NCBI GenBank assembly: GCA_051942205.1
Contig: JAVECO010000112.1
Location: 1 to 64,000 of the forward strand
Direction of reading: 5' to 3'
Length of the DNA: 64,000 nt
DNA from: Coniocarpon cinnabarinum
Lineage: Eukaryota
This document shows, piece by piece, positions 48,452 to 59,989 of the stretch; the stretch's first letter is position 1, and each line of letters opens with the position of its first letter. Under the pieces are notes generated by a model, which was not told the origin of the DNA, made no database searches, and saw only the letters and a list, made by a program, of their open reading frames with translations. Position numbers and translations under genes: made by a program.

Positions 48452-49906
48452 TTACCTAGCTTGCGACCCGCCTTGCTCGAGCTCACTGTCCTCTCGTTTA
48501 GCCTGCCGTGCAGGTCCATTAGACGCGTTGCCTTGATCTGGTGGTCTCAAGTCTCGATCGCTCGCGAGAGTAGGGCCCTTCCCTGGTGTCGCCCTCGTCT
48601 CTTCTGACGCAGCGTCTTCTCCTAACGGCTGATCAGATCCTATCATCCGGGGTTTTCCACTGCTGCTCCCCAACACGGTGCCGCCATCTCTCGGACTACG
48701 CCCACTCTCAAAGAAGTTGGTGCCGTGTCCCATACGAGTCCGCGACTGCAAGACCAAAGGATCTAACTCCTGCCCCTCGTTTTCCGACCCGCTTGCGGAG
48801 GAGTTATTCTCATCTTTCTTCCTCAGGTGCAGCCTGGTGGGAGGTAGGTAAGACACTTTGCCATCAACCGCTGCTTGTCGGCGCGCGAGCTGGCCTGCAT
48901 GACCAGCTCTACCCAGCGTACATGCAATGAGCGCGACCGATCGAAGACTGTCATCGTTAGCAGGAATGGGATAGGTCACCCAAGTTGGATTTATATCCGT
49001 GTCGACAATGCCAATAGTCGGTATGTTAGCTAGGCCACACTCATGTAGCATCACATAGTTCTCCAAGGGATTCAGACAGACCACGAGGTCAGGCTTGAGC
49101 GCAGGGTGCTCTGCTAGCTGATTTTCGAATCCCTCGACCTTGCGGTCAAACTCATCAACAACATGCGCCGTGCATCTTTCAAGGATCTTGGATCCATTGG
49201 TGATTGTGCCTGGCACCCACCTGTCGAATAAATGGTATGCACCTGCAAGTTCTGCTGCCCTGACCACCGTTCGCTCATGCCCTTTGCGCGTCCCCACGAA
49301 CAAAATGATGCCTGCTCTTTCTGCAACGCCGGAAACAACCTTTGCCGCTCGCCGCAGATGCGCCGCAGTTATATCCGATGAGATAATATGGATGCCCTCA
49401 CGAACGCCGAAAATGTATCGCGAGTTTGCCGGATGCCAAAGCGACGTGGAGTGACCAAAGTGGGTTTGCGAGGCGATGAGGGACTCAACAGAGACTTCAG
49501 ATGGCAACGGTGGGTCGACGTAAACGTCATTGAGTTTATGGTGAGGTTCGACCTCTGATCCAAACTTTGCGGTGGTATGTACTGATACCGTCGTCAGTGG
49601 GGCGGAGCGTTTGCAGGGACAACGCAAAACATACACAGCGTGTTTCGGTTGTAGTATGCTCGTTTTAAGTCTTCGCGAAGTCCCTCATCTTTTCGTTCCT
49701 CCACGAACAGCGACTCGATCGGTGGTTCAAACCCTGTGGTGTCGGGGGCCGTTGGAAGAGTATCAGAGGCAAGGCTGCGACGGATGAGACCTCGAAAGGG
49801 ACGCGCGCGCACAGATTGGCTCGCTATACGTGGTCAGCGAATTGTCCTTGTGAGTAAAGAAAAGTCGCTTACCGCGGCGCAAAGCCAGATGTCTTGCAAA
49901 AGTCAT
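48452..49906 (-). CDS. MRP4: Mitochondrial ribosomal protein uS2m; exons 49906-49873, 49823-49635, ~49582-48452
   Basis: SQTHFGH..SLWHP.NSRYIFGVREGIHII, ILFVGTR, RWVPGTITN, PTIGIVDTD, YPIPANDDSLRS. Confidence 0.93.
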
Positions 49907-50831
49907 TTCGCGGTCGTGGGAACAGCAATGGTGCTAATTAAGGGAGGACAGTCGCTGCTGTCATTTTTCTGACACAGTGCGGCGGCATAGACACGTCTTT
50001 GGCAGTGTTCCCTAGATCAGAGGCTCTCAATCATGTTTCTAGAGCGGCGGCCAGCCATCAGCAACCTACCTAGTCAGTCACCAGTCCGAGGGTCGTGCTC
50101 GGGATATTCAACGTGTCCCGAAGAAGCAATGTGTGATAACGGGTGACTATGTAGGTAGGTTGCAACTCGACGACAACACTGCTGTGGCAGGCTGGCTCTT
50201 TCCACTATCCTTTCGTCGCCTTTCAAGCACGCTGTATTTGAGCTGTCAAATCGTGTCCTGTACCATCTAAAAGTCCGTCTCATAACATCTGACAGTTCTG
50301 GAAAGAACTGTCTTCTGCGCCTCTCTTCTTCCGCCGCCCCATGCGCTCCAACGTCATCTTCAAATGCACTCTTGTCTTCAACTCCGCTAATCATCGCAAC
50401 TTCGGCTTGAGCGCATTTCACGTCTGACCACAAACACGGCAGATCTTCCTTCGCTCACGTCTTGCTCACGTGTGCAACATATCTAATAGAGCAATACTAC
50501 CTTTCCAACTCGGCGTTCTTCACTTCTCGGGCCCTTCAGGTGGAGCTCGGTCTGAGTAGACATCGCGCGCGATCCAGACAACTTCACCCTCAAACTTTCT
50601 ATTGACAACCTGCCTGAACGGCAATCACGGCCACCGGCAAGGGCCTCGGACATCTTGCATATTGACAAGACATTATGGTGCACGTAGCCTCTGCTGTACA
50701 AAAGTCTATTTTGCAGTTACTTCCAACAAGGTTCCTTCGACTGCTTGGCACAGAGAAGATCACTGCCGGTCGGCGATAGCAATTACTGCTGAGAAGGCAT
50801 TGTGCGCCAGCGATCGATCTGTCTTTGAGGT

Positions 50832-53800
50832 ATGGAAGGATTTTACAATAATCAACAGTACAGCCAAGATAATCCCGGCAATCGTATGAGCGAAGATGCT
50901 ATGAGCGGAATCGATGCATCAGACACTCAAGAAAGAGACATGTATGGGAACAGTCGCAACGACGAAAACGGCTCCGGTGGTCGATTGACAACTGGGATGC
51001 AAGGGCAGGCTGCTGCAGGTCAGAACGGGGGAGTTGCAGGTCAGCAAGGGATGTCAGACCCTCGAAATGCCGGCTCCGGTGGTCCAGGCGGCAGGGTTGG
51101 AAGTGTGACAAGTGGCAGTAGTGACGGAAATGCACAAAGTATGCAAAGTATTCAGCAAATGGGTGGTATGTTTTCCAATCCCAGCTTCAACATGTTTACG
51201 AACATAAGCAACAATGGCATGCCCTCGAACAACATGATGATGCCAAATGGCATGACTCTAAGTCAGCAGCAAGCAAATATTAACCTCATGACACATATGA
51301 TGAACACGAATCCCGTCTATGCAGCCAACATGATGTCGAACGCGATGGCCATCGCCAACGCATCCTCACAAATGCAGCAGCAGTCAGGCAACCAGATGAT
51401 GGGGAACGGAGGTTCTGTGATGAACCCGAATAATGGCGCTGGGAATCCACAGGACAATATGATGACCGGCGTGATGCAGAATGCAATGAATCCCATGGCC
51501 ATGATGTCGGGATCTCAGATGATGCCAAACATGATGATGAACAACAACGCGATGCTACCAAGTCTACAAAATCCGGTATCAAATCATGGTGGTCATCCGA
51601 ACAACAAAGGGACCGGCCGCCATGCATCTGACGCAGGCATAGCGGCAGCCAGTGGAAGTGGTCAAGCCCATTCTAATTCTGTTGACATGAACATGGCCTC
51701 GGCGATGCAGAATAATAACCCCTACCAAGCCATGTCGAGGCAGAGCAGCATTTCCCAGTCCCGGCAAGCCAGCCTATCGCAGCCTACCAGACGTGGCAGT
51801 ATGCATGCTTCGCCAACCATACAACAATCGCCTACAAGTATGGGGTTTCCCAGCTCAATGCAGTCGCAGGCCAATCAAGTTGTGCCAATCGTCAATAGCG
51901 CTTTTCCGGAGTACGGCTCATCTGGCTCTGCCTTTGCAACTGGCGGCGTGAGCATGAATACAAGTCAAGACTCGTACAGGAACGCGTACTCGTCAACAGG
52001 CTTTGATATGCTTACAGTGTTGATGCGCGTTGCTACCCGCAAGAATGCTCAGATCAGCATCGGCAATGTAGATCTTTCTTGTGCTTTTGTGGTCTGCGAC
52101 ACGATGCAACACGACATACCGATCGTTTACTGTTCAGAAAATTTTGAGAGACTGACGGGTTATAGCAAGCACGAGATCCTGGGCAGAAATTGTCGATTTT
52201 TGCAGGCCCCGAGCGGTCATGTGCAAGCTGGCGTAAGACGGAAGTACGTTGATGATGATGTGGTACTCCATCTAAAAAACGCCATCAATTCGCGATCGGA
52301 GGCGCAAGTAAGCGTGATCAACTACCGAAAGGGTGGGCAACCGTTCATGAATCTCCTCACCATGATTCCAATTCCTTACGACACGGATGAAATCAAGTAT
52401 TACGTCGGGTTTCAGGTCGACCTCGTGGAGCAACCACATTCAGTGACCAAGAAGAATCCCAATGGCACTTATACAATCAATTACCAACGCGGCCTGCAGA
52501 TGCCTAGATACGTCTTCACCGGCCAAGAAAGCAAACGACACACCGCCATGGATTCTGGACAGACCATACCCCGCGATGAAGTCTCGACCGTCCTCAGCAC
52601 TATTGGCTCGGGAGAATCAGACCTGTCACGCCGCATTTGGGACAAAGTTCTATTAGAAAATACGGACGATGTAATCTTTGTGCTCTCGCTGAAGGGTCTT
52701 TTTCTCTATCTATCACCATCTTGTCACAAGATCTTGGAATATGATGCCAACGAACTCATGGGCGCGGCCTTGTCGTCCGTTTGCCATCCAAGTGACATCG
52801 TGCCGGTAACGCGGGAGCTCAAAGACACAACGACCGGTGCAGATGTAAGCGTTGTCTTTCGAATACGAAGAAAGGAGAGCGGCTACATGTGGTTCGAAGG
52901 CCACGGCTCCTTATATGTTGAACAAGGCAAAGGACGAAAGTCAATAGTTCTCGTCGGGCGCGAAAGGCCTGTCTACACGCTCAAACAGACAGATATCCTG
53001 ACAAATGGTGGCATTGGAGAGAATGAAGTCTGGACAAAGCTGTCAACATCAGGAATGTTTTTGTATGTGTCAAGCAGCATCCGCTCACTGATAGACAAAC
53101 AGCCTAGCGAGCTCGTGGGGACGAGTATACAGTCCTTGATGAGACCTGACTCCCGATCAGAGTTTGGCCGCATTCTGGAGATCGCTCGGTCGGGTAAGCG
53201 AGCGCAGACTAGACATGAACTGGTCAACAGAAGAGGACAGGTATTGCAGGCCTTCTCCACAGTTCACCCAGGGGATGCCACCGAGGGATCTAAGCCGACA
53301 TTCTTTGTTGCTCAAACAAGATTACTAAAATATTCACGTCCAGCTTCAGTCACCAATAACCCACGCCCTCCTAACCAACAGGGCTCGTCTAACCCGAGCA
53401 AGGGGGTAACTGCACAGAACAGAGGAAGTTTGTCTCGCTCAGCTTCTTCTGTCGGATCGTTCGCGTCACCGAGTCAGTACATGTCCACCTTTGAGGCAGC
53501 TGCGACGTATGCTGGTGGCGATTCGCTTCCGTTGGGGCATCAGGACGTGGCGCTAGCTGACGAGCTCAATCTTTTTGACGAGCTCAAGACCACGAGAAGC
53601 ACATCCTGGCAGTACGAGCTGCGACAGATGGAAAAGCGCAACAGAGTGTTGGCGGAAGAATTGCAGGGTCTCCTGCAAGCACGGAAAAAGCGCAAGCGGA
53701 GGAAGCCAGGCGTGATGGAGAAAGAGTGTGCGAACTGCCACACCAAGCAGACACCCGAATGGCGCCGAGGTCCAAGTGGGAATCGCGATTTGTGCAATAG

Positions 53801-54209
53801 CTGTGGCTTGCGGTGGGCCAAGCAACAAGGTCGCATTAGTCCGCGTACAACGAGCCAGCGATCTGCTCCCAGTGCCACCAGTGATCCACACAGTGACAGT
53901 CCGCGTACCAGCGTGCCAAATCAATCTGGGGCCCAGCCAAGGAGAATGTCTGGGTCGGTTGCGGCCGCCGCTGGTGAGAAGGAACAGAGCGCAAGCGCAG
54001 GCCAGAGCGTCGGTGAATCACGAAGCATTGACGAAACTCTAGCACAATCCAGCCAGCAGCACCAGGGACAATCGCAGCCTGTCGTCAGTGCTGCTGCCTC
54101 GCCTCCGGCTTCCAAAGCAACAAAGATGGAGGAGAGCAGCCGAAGTCCTCCAAGCGCAAATGCGTTCGGAACCGCGGTTCCAACCAAGATCGAAGAAGAA
54201 GAGGACTAG
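50832..54209 (+). CDS. wc-1: White collar-1 blue-light photoreceptor / GATA transcription factor
   Basis: [19 protein letters not shown] with photoactive Cys, PAS-B and PAS-C, basic KKRKRRK, GATA finger CANC...[16 protein letters not shown]; Met/Asn/Gln-rich N-terminus; no intron needed. Confidence 0.97.
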   Translation: MEGFYNNQQYSQDNPGNRMSEDAMSGIDASDTQERDMYGNSRNDENGSGGRLTTGMQGQAAAGQNGGVAGQQGMSDPRNAGSGGPGGRVGSVTSGSSDGNAQSMQSIQQMGGMFSNPSFNMFTNISNNGMPSNNMMMPNGMTLSQQQANINLMTHMMNTNPVYAANMMSNAMAIANASSQMQQQSGNQMMGNGGSVMNPNNGAGNPQDNMMTGVMQNAMNPMAMMSGSQMMPNMMMNNNAMLPSLQNPVSNHGGHPNNKGTGRHASDAGIAAASGSGQAHSNSVDMNMASAMQNNNPYQAMSRQSSISQSRQASLSQPTRRGSMHASPTIQQSPTSMGFPSSMQSQANQVVPIVNSAFPEYGSSGSAFATGGVSMNTSQDSYRNAYSSTGFDMLTVLMRVATRKNAQISIGNVDLSCAFVVCDTMQHDIPIVYCSENFERLTGYSKHEILGRNCRFLQAPSGHVQAGVRRKYVDDDVVLHLKNAINSRSEAQVSVINYRKGGQPFMNLLTMIPIPYDTDEIKYYVGFQVDLVEQPHSVTKKNPNGTYTINYQRGLQMPRYVFTGQESKRHTAMDSGQTIPRDEVSTVLSTIGSGESDLSRRIWDKVLLENTDDVIFVLSLKGLFLYLSPSCHKILEYDANELMGAALSSVCHPSDIVPVTRELKDTTTGADVSVVFRIRRKESGYMWFEGHGSLYVEQGKGRKSIVLVGRERPVYTLKQTDILTNGGIGENEVWTKLSTSGMFLYVSSSIRSLIDKQPSELVGTSIQSLMRPDSRSEFGRILEIARSGKRAQTRHELVNRRGQVLQAFSTVHPGDATEGSKPTFFVAQTRLLKYSRPASVTNNPRPPNQQGSSNPSKGVTAQNRGSLSRSASSVGSFASPSQYMSTFEAAATYAGGDSLPLGHQDVALADELNLFDELKTTRSTSWQYELRQMEKRNRVLAEELQGLLQARKKRKRRKPGVMEKECANCHTKQTPEWRRGPSGNRDLCNSCGLRWAKQQGRISPRTTSQRSAPSATSDPHSDSPRTSVPNQSGAQPRRMSGSVAAAAGEKEQSASAGQSVGESRSIDETLAQSSQQHQGQSQPVVSAAASPPASKATKMEESSRSPPSANAFGTAVPTKIEEEED

Positions 54210-54728
54210 CTCACTGAAGAGCCACATTTACGAGTGAACGGCGTTGTGGAAGCCATATCCATGCTAATGACTGCTATATACCCTTGTGTTGGAGTCGCGG
54301 CATTTTGGAATTGTTTCGAGCGAGCGATTCACCAGAGGTTGACGTGTGTACAGCATCGTGTTATGTGCAGGACCTAGTCTTCCACCTGACTGTATATGTG
54401 ATTGTAGTGTGCCTTTCATACTCATAGACTGAGGGATGAGCGGGTAACGCAAATGTCAATGCAAATGTCATGAGTTTCCAATATCTTGTTGATTTAGAAT
54501 ACGCCCGCAGTCACACAGGATTGCATGAATAACTAAGAGGCTTGAGAAGAGTCAATTGGTGACCCTTCTTTCGGTCAATATTGGAGAGGTAATTCATTGC
54601 ATCGCATGCTACAGACAGAGCCTCAAAGCATCACAAATTTCATTGAGAAGCACCCTCGCTGCGGTGAGATCTCATGAATAATTAGAAACCGTGATGGATC
54701 GCGAAAGCTCCAAAGGTGAATGTGTGGC

Positions 54729-55136
54729 CTAGTTGGAGACCTTGTCGGGGATGTCCTTGCCCGTTTGCTTCTCGATGAACTCGCGACCCTTATCGGTGAT
54801 CATCTCATCGCGTTCGCGGTTCTCAGAGATGCCGAACTTCTTCTCGCCAGCCGCAAAGCCTGTATGGAGCAAGCAAAGGTCAGCCCCGACGCTCAGATGC
54901 CAAGATAAAGATTGGGGGAGGTGTAAAAAGACATGCAAGGGGGATGGGCAGGACCAGAGCCAACTCACCCTTGTCGAGGTAGTCTTGCTGACCAGAGCTT
55001 TGGCCGCCTTCTTGCTTCTTGCCCTCCTTGTTGGTCATCTTTTCTGCCATGCCCTTGAGTTTGTCTAACGAGATGAGGAGCACATTAGCTCAGGACGAAT
55101 CCCTTTCACAGGTTCGGCGCGGTCAATCTTACCCAT
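54729..55136 (-). CDS. Small hydrophilic fungal protein (~70 aa); exons 55136-55133, 55064-54969, 54859-54729
   Basis: Canonical GTAAGA/GTGAGT donors and branch sites give MDKLKGMAEKM...DYLDKGFAAGEKKFG...EMITDKGREFIEKQTGKDIPDKVSN. Confidence 0.8.
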
Positions 55137-55585
55137 GCTGAAAGTACGTTTGACAGCTCTTGGAGGATGGAAGTGCTTTTGATCGCAGGAAACCGGTTTG
55201 CGACAGAGTCGGTGTGAGTGAGGAGAGGAGAGGAAGCGTAGTTGAGCTGAAGGCAAAGGCTGCAGGGGCGAAGGACACAATAAAAGAACAAAGCCCCGCT
55301 ATCAGCAAGTGGGAAGATGCCCCCACTTCCAAGTTGCAAAGCTCGCTCGCGTCACCGACTCAGAACTCAGATCAGACGCCCCACCGGCCTGTACAGCCAG
55401 GCCGGACCAACTCCGTGCCAAGGCCACGGATAAGACTCCGAGTCTAGATCGAGGGGTGCCTACTCACCCATATCGATGTGACCAAGTACATGCCAAAAAA
55501 TCCAGAATCGTCTCGCACGCTGACGAGGCAACACATACATACGTCCCAGTGTTCTCCAGTGGCAGCTTGGCTCTGCCCAAGCTGG

Positions 55586-55638
55586 CAAGGGAGCAAGGGA
55601 GAAAGGGAGCAAGGGAGCAAGGGAGCAAGGGAGCAAGG
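55586..55638. repeat. (CAAGGGAG)6.6 minisatellite
   Basis: Six full 8-bp units (one AAAGGGAG) plus CAAGG. Confidence 0.95.
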
Positions 55639-55902
55639 TCAAACGGACAAAGGCCGGCTACAGCGCAGATATTGGCGTCGATCGCCTTCTAGCGACAACC
55701 TTGAAATTCGTCAATCGCTGAGTTACATGCTCGTAGTCGGTGGTCGTGTTGCCAGATATGAGCCTCTAAATGCTATGTTTCTACTAAACTTTGTCATCGG
55801 CAGAGATGCTTCGTAATTCCAGAGTAGTGCTCATGCTCTTCCATGAGCCAGCCATGCAGAACGCCATCGCTCATTATGCAAAACGTAAGGCCGTTGCCCT
55901 TT

Positions 55903-56803
55903 TCACCAGCACTTTAGTTTCGTCCAGAAGCCACTCTTTTCGTCGTCCGCGTGTACGGCTCCAGGAGGACCATCGTTTGGATCCGCTTTCTCCTCTAGGG
56001 GCGTGAGCGGTTGCGTCCGGCTCGTAGCATGCGGTTTTGAGCCTTGTGTTTGCTGTCGTCGAGCCTCGGCTACTCTCTTGATCAACACTAATCGCGGTGA
56101 CAATTAGCATGCAAAGACCGAATTCTGTGGTCTACCTGCGAAAGGACGTTCAGACGAAAGGGCCAACCTACGCACGAAAGTCTCTTCGATGTTGACTTTC
56201 TCTCTTGCGCTAGTTTCCATGAACATAGACTCTAGTCCCGACATGTCAGCGCGTTCCTGAACTCAAACTCCAAGCGGAGGCTGAGTCCACATGCCTTGCT
56301 TTCGCGCCCAGTCCATGCCCGTTTTTGCAGACACCTCGCGGCGGTCTTTCAGATCGCACTTATTGCCTGCCACCATCTTAATTGGAGGGATACCTCCGCG
56401 GTCTACCCGTTGGTCGGCTTCAATGTCGATCAGTTGTGTGAAATGTTTGAGGTTATGGAGGGATGCCAGTGAGGTGATGTCGTAAACCAGTAAAAAGGCG
56501 TCAGCGCTTTGGAGGTTCGATGCACCGAACAGCGAGCGGTATTCTTCCTGCCCGGCCGTGTCGGTGAGCTGAAGATTGTAGGTGTGCCCATCCAGCACCC
56601 GGGTCACAGAATAAGAGTCTTCGATGGTCGGGTCATAGTCATTGGTCCATTGACTGCGGACAAGTCGCAATGTGATGGAGGATTTGCCTTTCGTTTAGCG
56701 GCCGAGTCAGCGACACAGCACGCGTGATTCACATCAAAGCAGGGAATTTACCGCAACCGCCGTCACCACACACCGTAATATTAATATTGTTGTCATGGTC
56801 CAT
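55903..56803 (-). CDS. Ras-like small GTPase without CaaX box, 4 exons
   Basis: G1 CGDGGCG|KS, effector loop YDPTIEDSY, DTAGQEEY, NKCD, ETSA; last exon 56087-55903 ends FWTKLKCW. Confidence 0.9.
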
Positions 56804-57893
56804 CCTTGCCCGAGAGCGCATCTTCACCTCGTACGTCAATAGTAGAGCTCGTGCTGCCAAGGACGGTACAAGATGCGCCTCACGCGAGCCCACGACGTGT
56901 TGGAAATCTCGCGTCTGTGTAGAAAGTGGGGCTGGAGAGTGGCGGGTGGCGGCTGCAGAATCAATTGCGGCGCCAGAGCCGCATGAAGGTGGTCAATGGC
57001 GCTGAGATTCCGAGGTCGTACGTCAAAGCAGACGCTACCACGTGGGTGAAGGCAATGAAGCTGGACAAGCAAGCGTCTCAACAAGCGCGCGCTGTAACAG
57101 GAGAATGTCCCAGGAATGTCCCAGTCCCAGTAGGAGATTGATGAGCACGGACGACCGCGGCTCGGAGGTGCAGAGGGCTCTCGGGCAGCTTACGCCGGCC
57201 GTCGAATTGTACGACCTGGCAGACGTGGAGGAGGCTGCGACTGAGCGGGAGTTTTAGAAGTACAGTATGCCGAGAGCTGGGCGGATCGGACGCTCTTCTG
57301 CAGCAGACAAGACCGACAGCAAACTTCCAAGTCCATGCAAGGCTGCTGCTCCGCTTTCCCGCGTGTGTCCGACGCTTAGATCCTGCTCCGCCCCGCTCCG
57401 CCCCGCTCCGTGTTGATTCACGTGCTAATTCCCTCCATCTGGAGCTCCAAATATTTCAATTCACGGATCTGATTTGTTGATGGCGTTCTGATAAGCCTCA
57501 GATATGTACCCTATTCTACTCCGACGAGCTCTAGCCGTGTTTCGCTCACAGGGTTCGGTCCAGATAAGTCACTGCATACCACCGCACCTGATGGCTTCCA
57601 ACCTGCTTGAGCAACTCGTGCATAAGATCCCATCGTAACACTTCAATCGGTGTTACATGACGGGAGATCTTGCTAAAGGTCCAGAGGTGACGACCCACGT
57701 GACTGTAGGCTGCGTTGCCTTGCTTGGTGTTTTTCATCGCCTTCTCCGCTGCCTTTCGCGTTGCCTGGCCAGCTGTCTTTCAGCTGGATAGCCCACGTCA
57801 GTTCCTTCTTCGCCCAGTAGATATTCAACTACGAACGAACATCCAGTACAACACGCTTGCATATCAGGAGCGTTTCCAACTCTCGGGGCCGTC

Positions 57894-58575
57894 ATGTATG
57901 TCCGCTTTGTGCCATGCGCATCCCAGGGTCCAATCTCTTGACTAAATCACAATAGGAATACCCTGACAGGCTGCATACCATGTTTAACTAGGGGCAAATC
58001 AAACAACATTAAGGGAAATCTAGAGCAACAGGCAGAGAGTGTCGTTGATGTTCTCGTAAATGCAGAGAAAACCGCGTCAATACCCAAAGCGAAAATACAA
58101 GAACTTGTGGGGATCTCATCATGGACAGAGCGATTCGCGCAGACAGTGTTGCTGAAGGTATCTTTCCGCTGCGCATCCTTCGCCAATCCAGAAGCCATTA
58201 CTAATTCGCAATGATCGAAGTTGCAGAGAGTACTGGCAGACGGCACATCTCTTAGTCAGGGAATGCGAGATGCTCTCGCAAAATCGTACGAGGCTGCGAT
58301 CGATTTTGCAAAAGAGCATCCAGTCTTCGTCACTATTCTCGCACTTGGCGTGCTGGCTGTTTTGATGCCTTATATCGTCGAGCTGCTGGGCTTCGGCGAA
58401 TTGGGCCCGATTGAAGGCAAGTTCGCAGTGTACACGTTGAATCATCAGGTTATCCTTATTGATACGAGGTCCAGGTACATTTGCGGCAGCATGGCAATCT
58501 CGATATGCCGGGTACGTGCCAAAGGGCTCCCTCTTCTCGCTTTTCCAGCGCCTTGGGATGGTCTGGCATCAATGA
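57894..58575 (+). CDS. Small conserved fungal membrane protein; exons 57894-57895, 57956-58157, 58221-58416, 58475-58575
   Basis: Spliced product ends ...LGFGELGPIEGTFAAAWQSRYAGYVPKGSLFSLFQRLGMVWHQ, a recognisable fungal hypothetical-family motif; all exons in frame. Confidence 0.8.
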
Positions 58576-59989
58576 GCCCATGAGCTCACACAACCTAGGC
58601 TCTTGAATTACAATCAAGAACTAGTATCGATGGGGCCGTGATCAGCTGTGATCACGTGAGCGGGACTTAGGCGGCTTGACATTTGCATACCCCACATCTA
58701 GTCTCATCGCTAGTGCGAAGGCATCGATTGTGGATAGCACCAGCCGACTCAATGAGCCTGTAGCAAGTGTTTTGATGCTTCGCAAGAGTCAAGGAAGTGT
58801 GTTTCAAGCCCCTGCCAAAAGTACTTCACATTGCTACACGGCTAAGGTATATGCGGAACCAGTGGCAAGTGTTCCTTGCCCTAGCGGGCGGCCTTCCAGA
58901 GTTAGCTTAGCCTAGTCACGCCTCCGGGTCAGATATCGCATCATCCGGTCATGTAATCGGGAGACGTGTAAGATTTCGTTGCGATGCTCATGCTCAGTGT
59001 CTATTTTCACTGAATAGAAAAATCATTCACAGTCACATAGCTTGTTCAAAGTAGGTTCGCCGATGTAGGAGCCCGATGTCGATGTCGTCGAGCGCTAGAT
59101 CTCTGTGATGAATGCTGGGTACGCATGCGCACGGCTTATGGTCACTATCTACCGCGGCACAACGGCGTGACGGTTTATCAGCGCCACTCGACCAACCTGT
59201 ATCTTATCCAATGATAAATTTCACAAACCGATGACAGACATACGCTACGAGCCGCACAACAGCGATCTGTCAGCGTCGGCCCGTACTGCCCCCACATGAG
59301 CTTTCGTGCAAGTCCCGGGTCTTCACGTAAAGAGTGACAGAGTATTACGCCTGACAAGACACACGCGTAAGCGACGCTACTCCTCAGAGACCTTGCAGAA
59401 TAGTATGGTGCTACCTGTGGTGGACTCGGACTCTCCGCAAATTGAGTCATATCAAATCTTGGTTCAGTAACCCTAGAGAGCTTTCGCAGATCATGTATGC
59501 GGAGGCATATCTGAATGCTACAAATATTCTCGATCGCTGCTTCTAGATGTGTGGTCTCGAGCAAGGATTAGCCGATCACGACCGGCTTTCCCAGCGAATC
59601 CAATCAAATGTGTGCTCTCAGTCCCCACGCACACGGCACGATGATGTCTGCCGTCACATTTAGCTTGTTTTATGCAAGCTTGGGGCGACAGATCTGCATC
59701 AAGCCTCGAAAATGCCATTTTCGGCAGAGTACTGTAGCATCCGCAAATCATAACCCATGCCAACAGCTTACCGCGGCAGAGCGAACCTACCTCCCGCTTC
59801 CTGCGCTTCACGAGTAAGATGGCTTGCCACGCCCGGCTCATTCTATAATACCTGGCGGAGGGATCAGGGTAGAGCGACCGCCTTGCTTTTTGTTCTCAAC
59901 GCTACCTGACCTCAAGCTCGCCCATCGTCACACTCACTTGGTAACTAAATCGTCCAGAGTCGTTGACTCTGCTAAGCGTTCTGCATGCA

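Noticed and set aside
58638..58659. Near-palindrome GTGATCAGCTGTGATCAC with E-boxes
   Set aside because: Short, directly downstream of a stop codon, and compatible with chance
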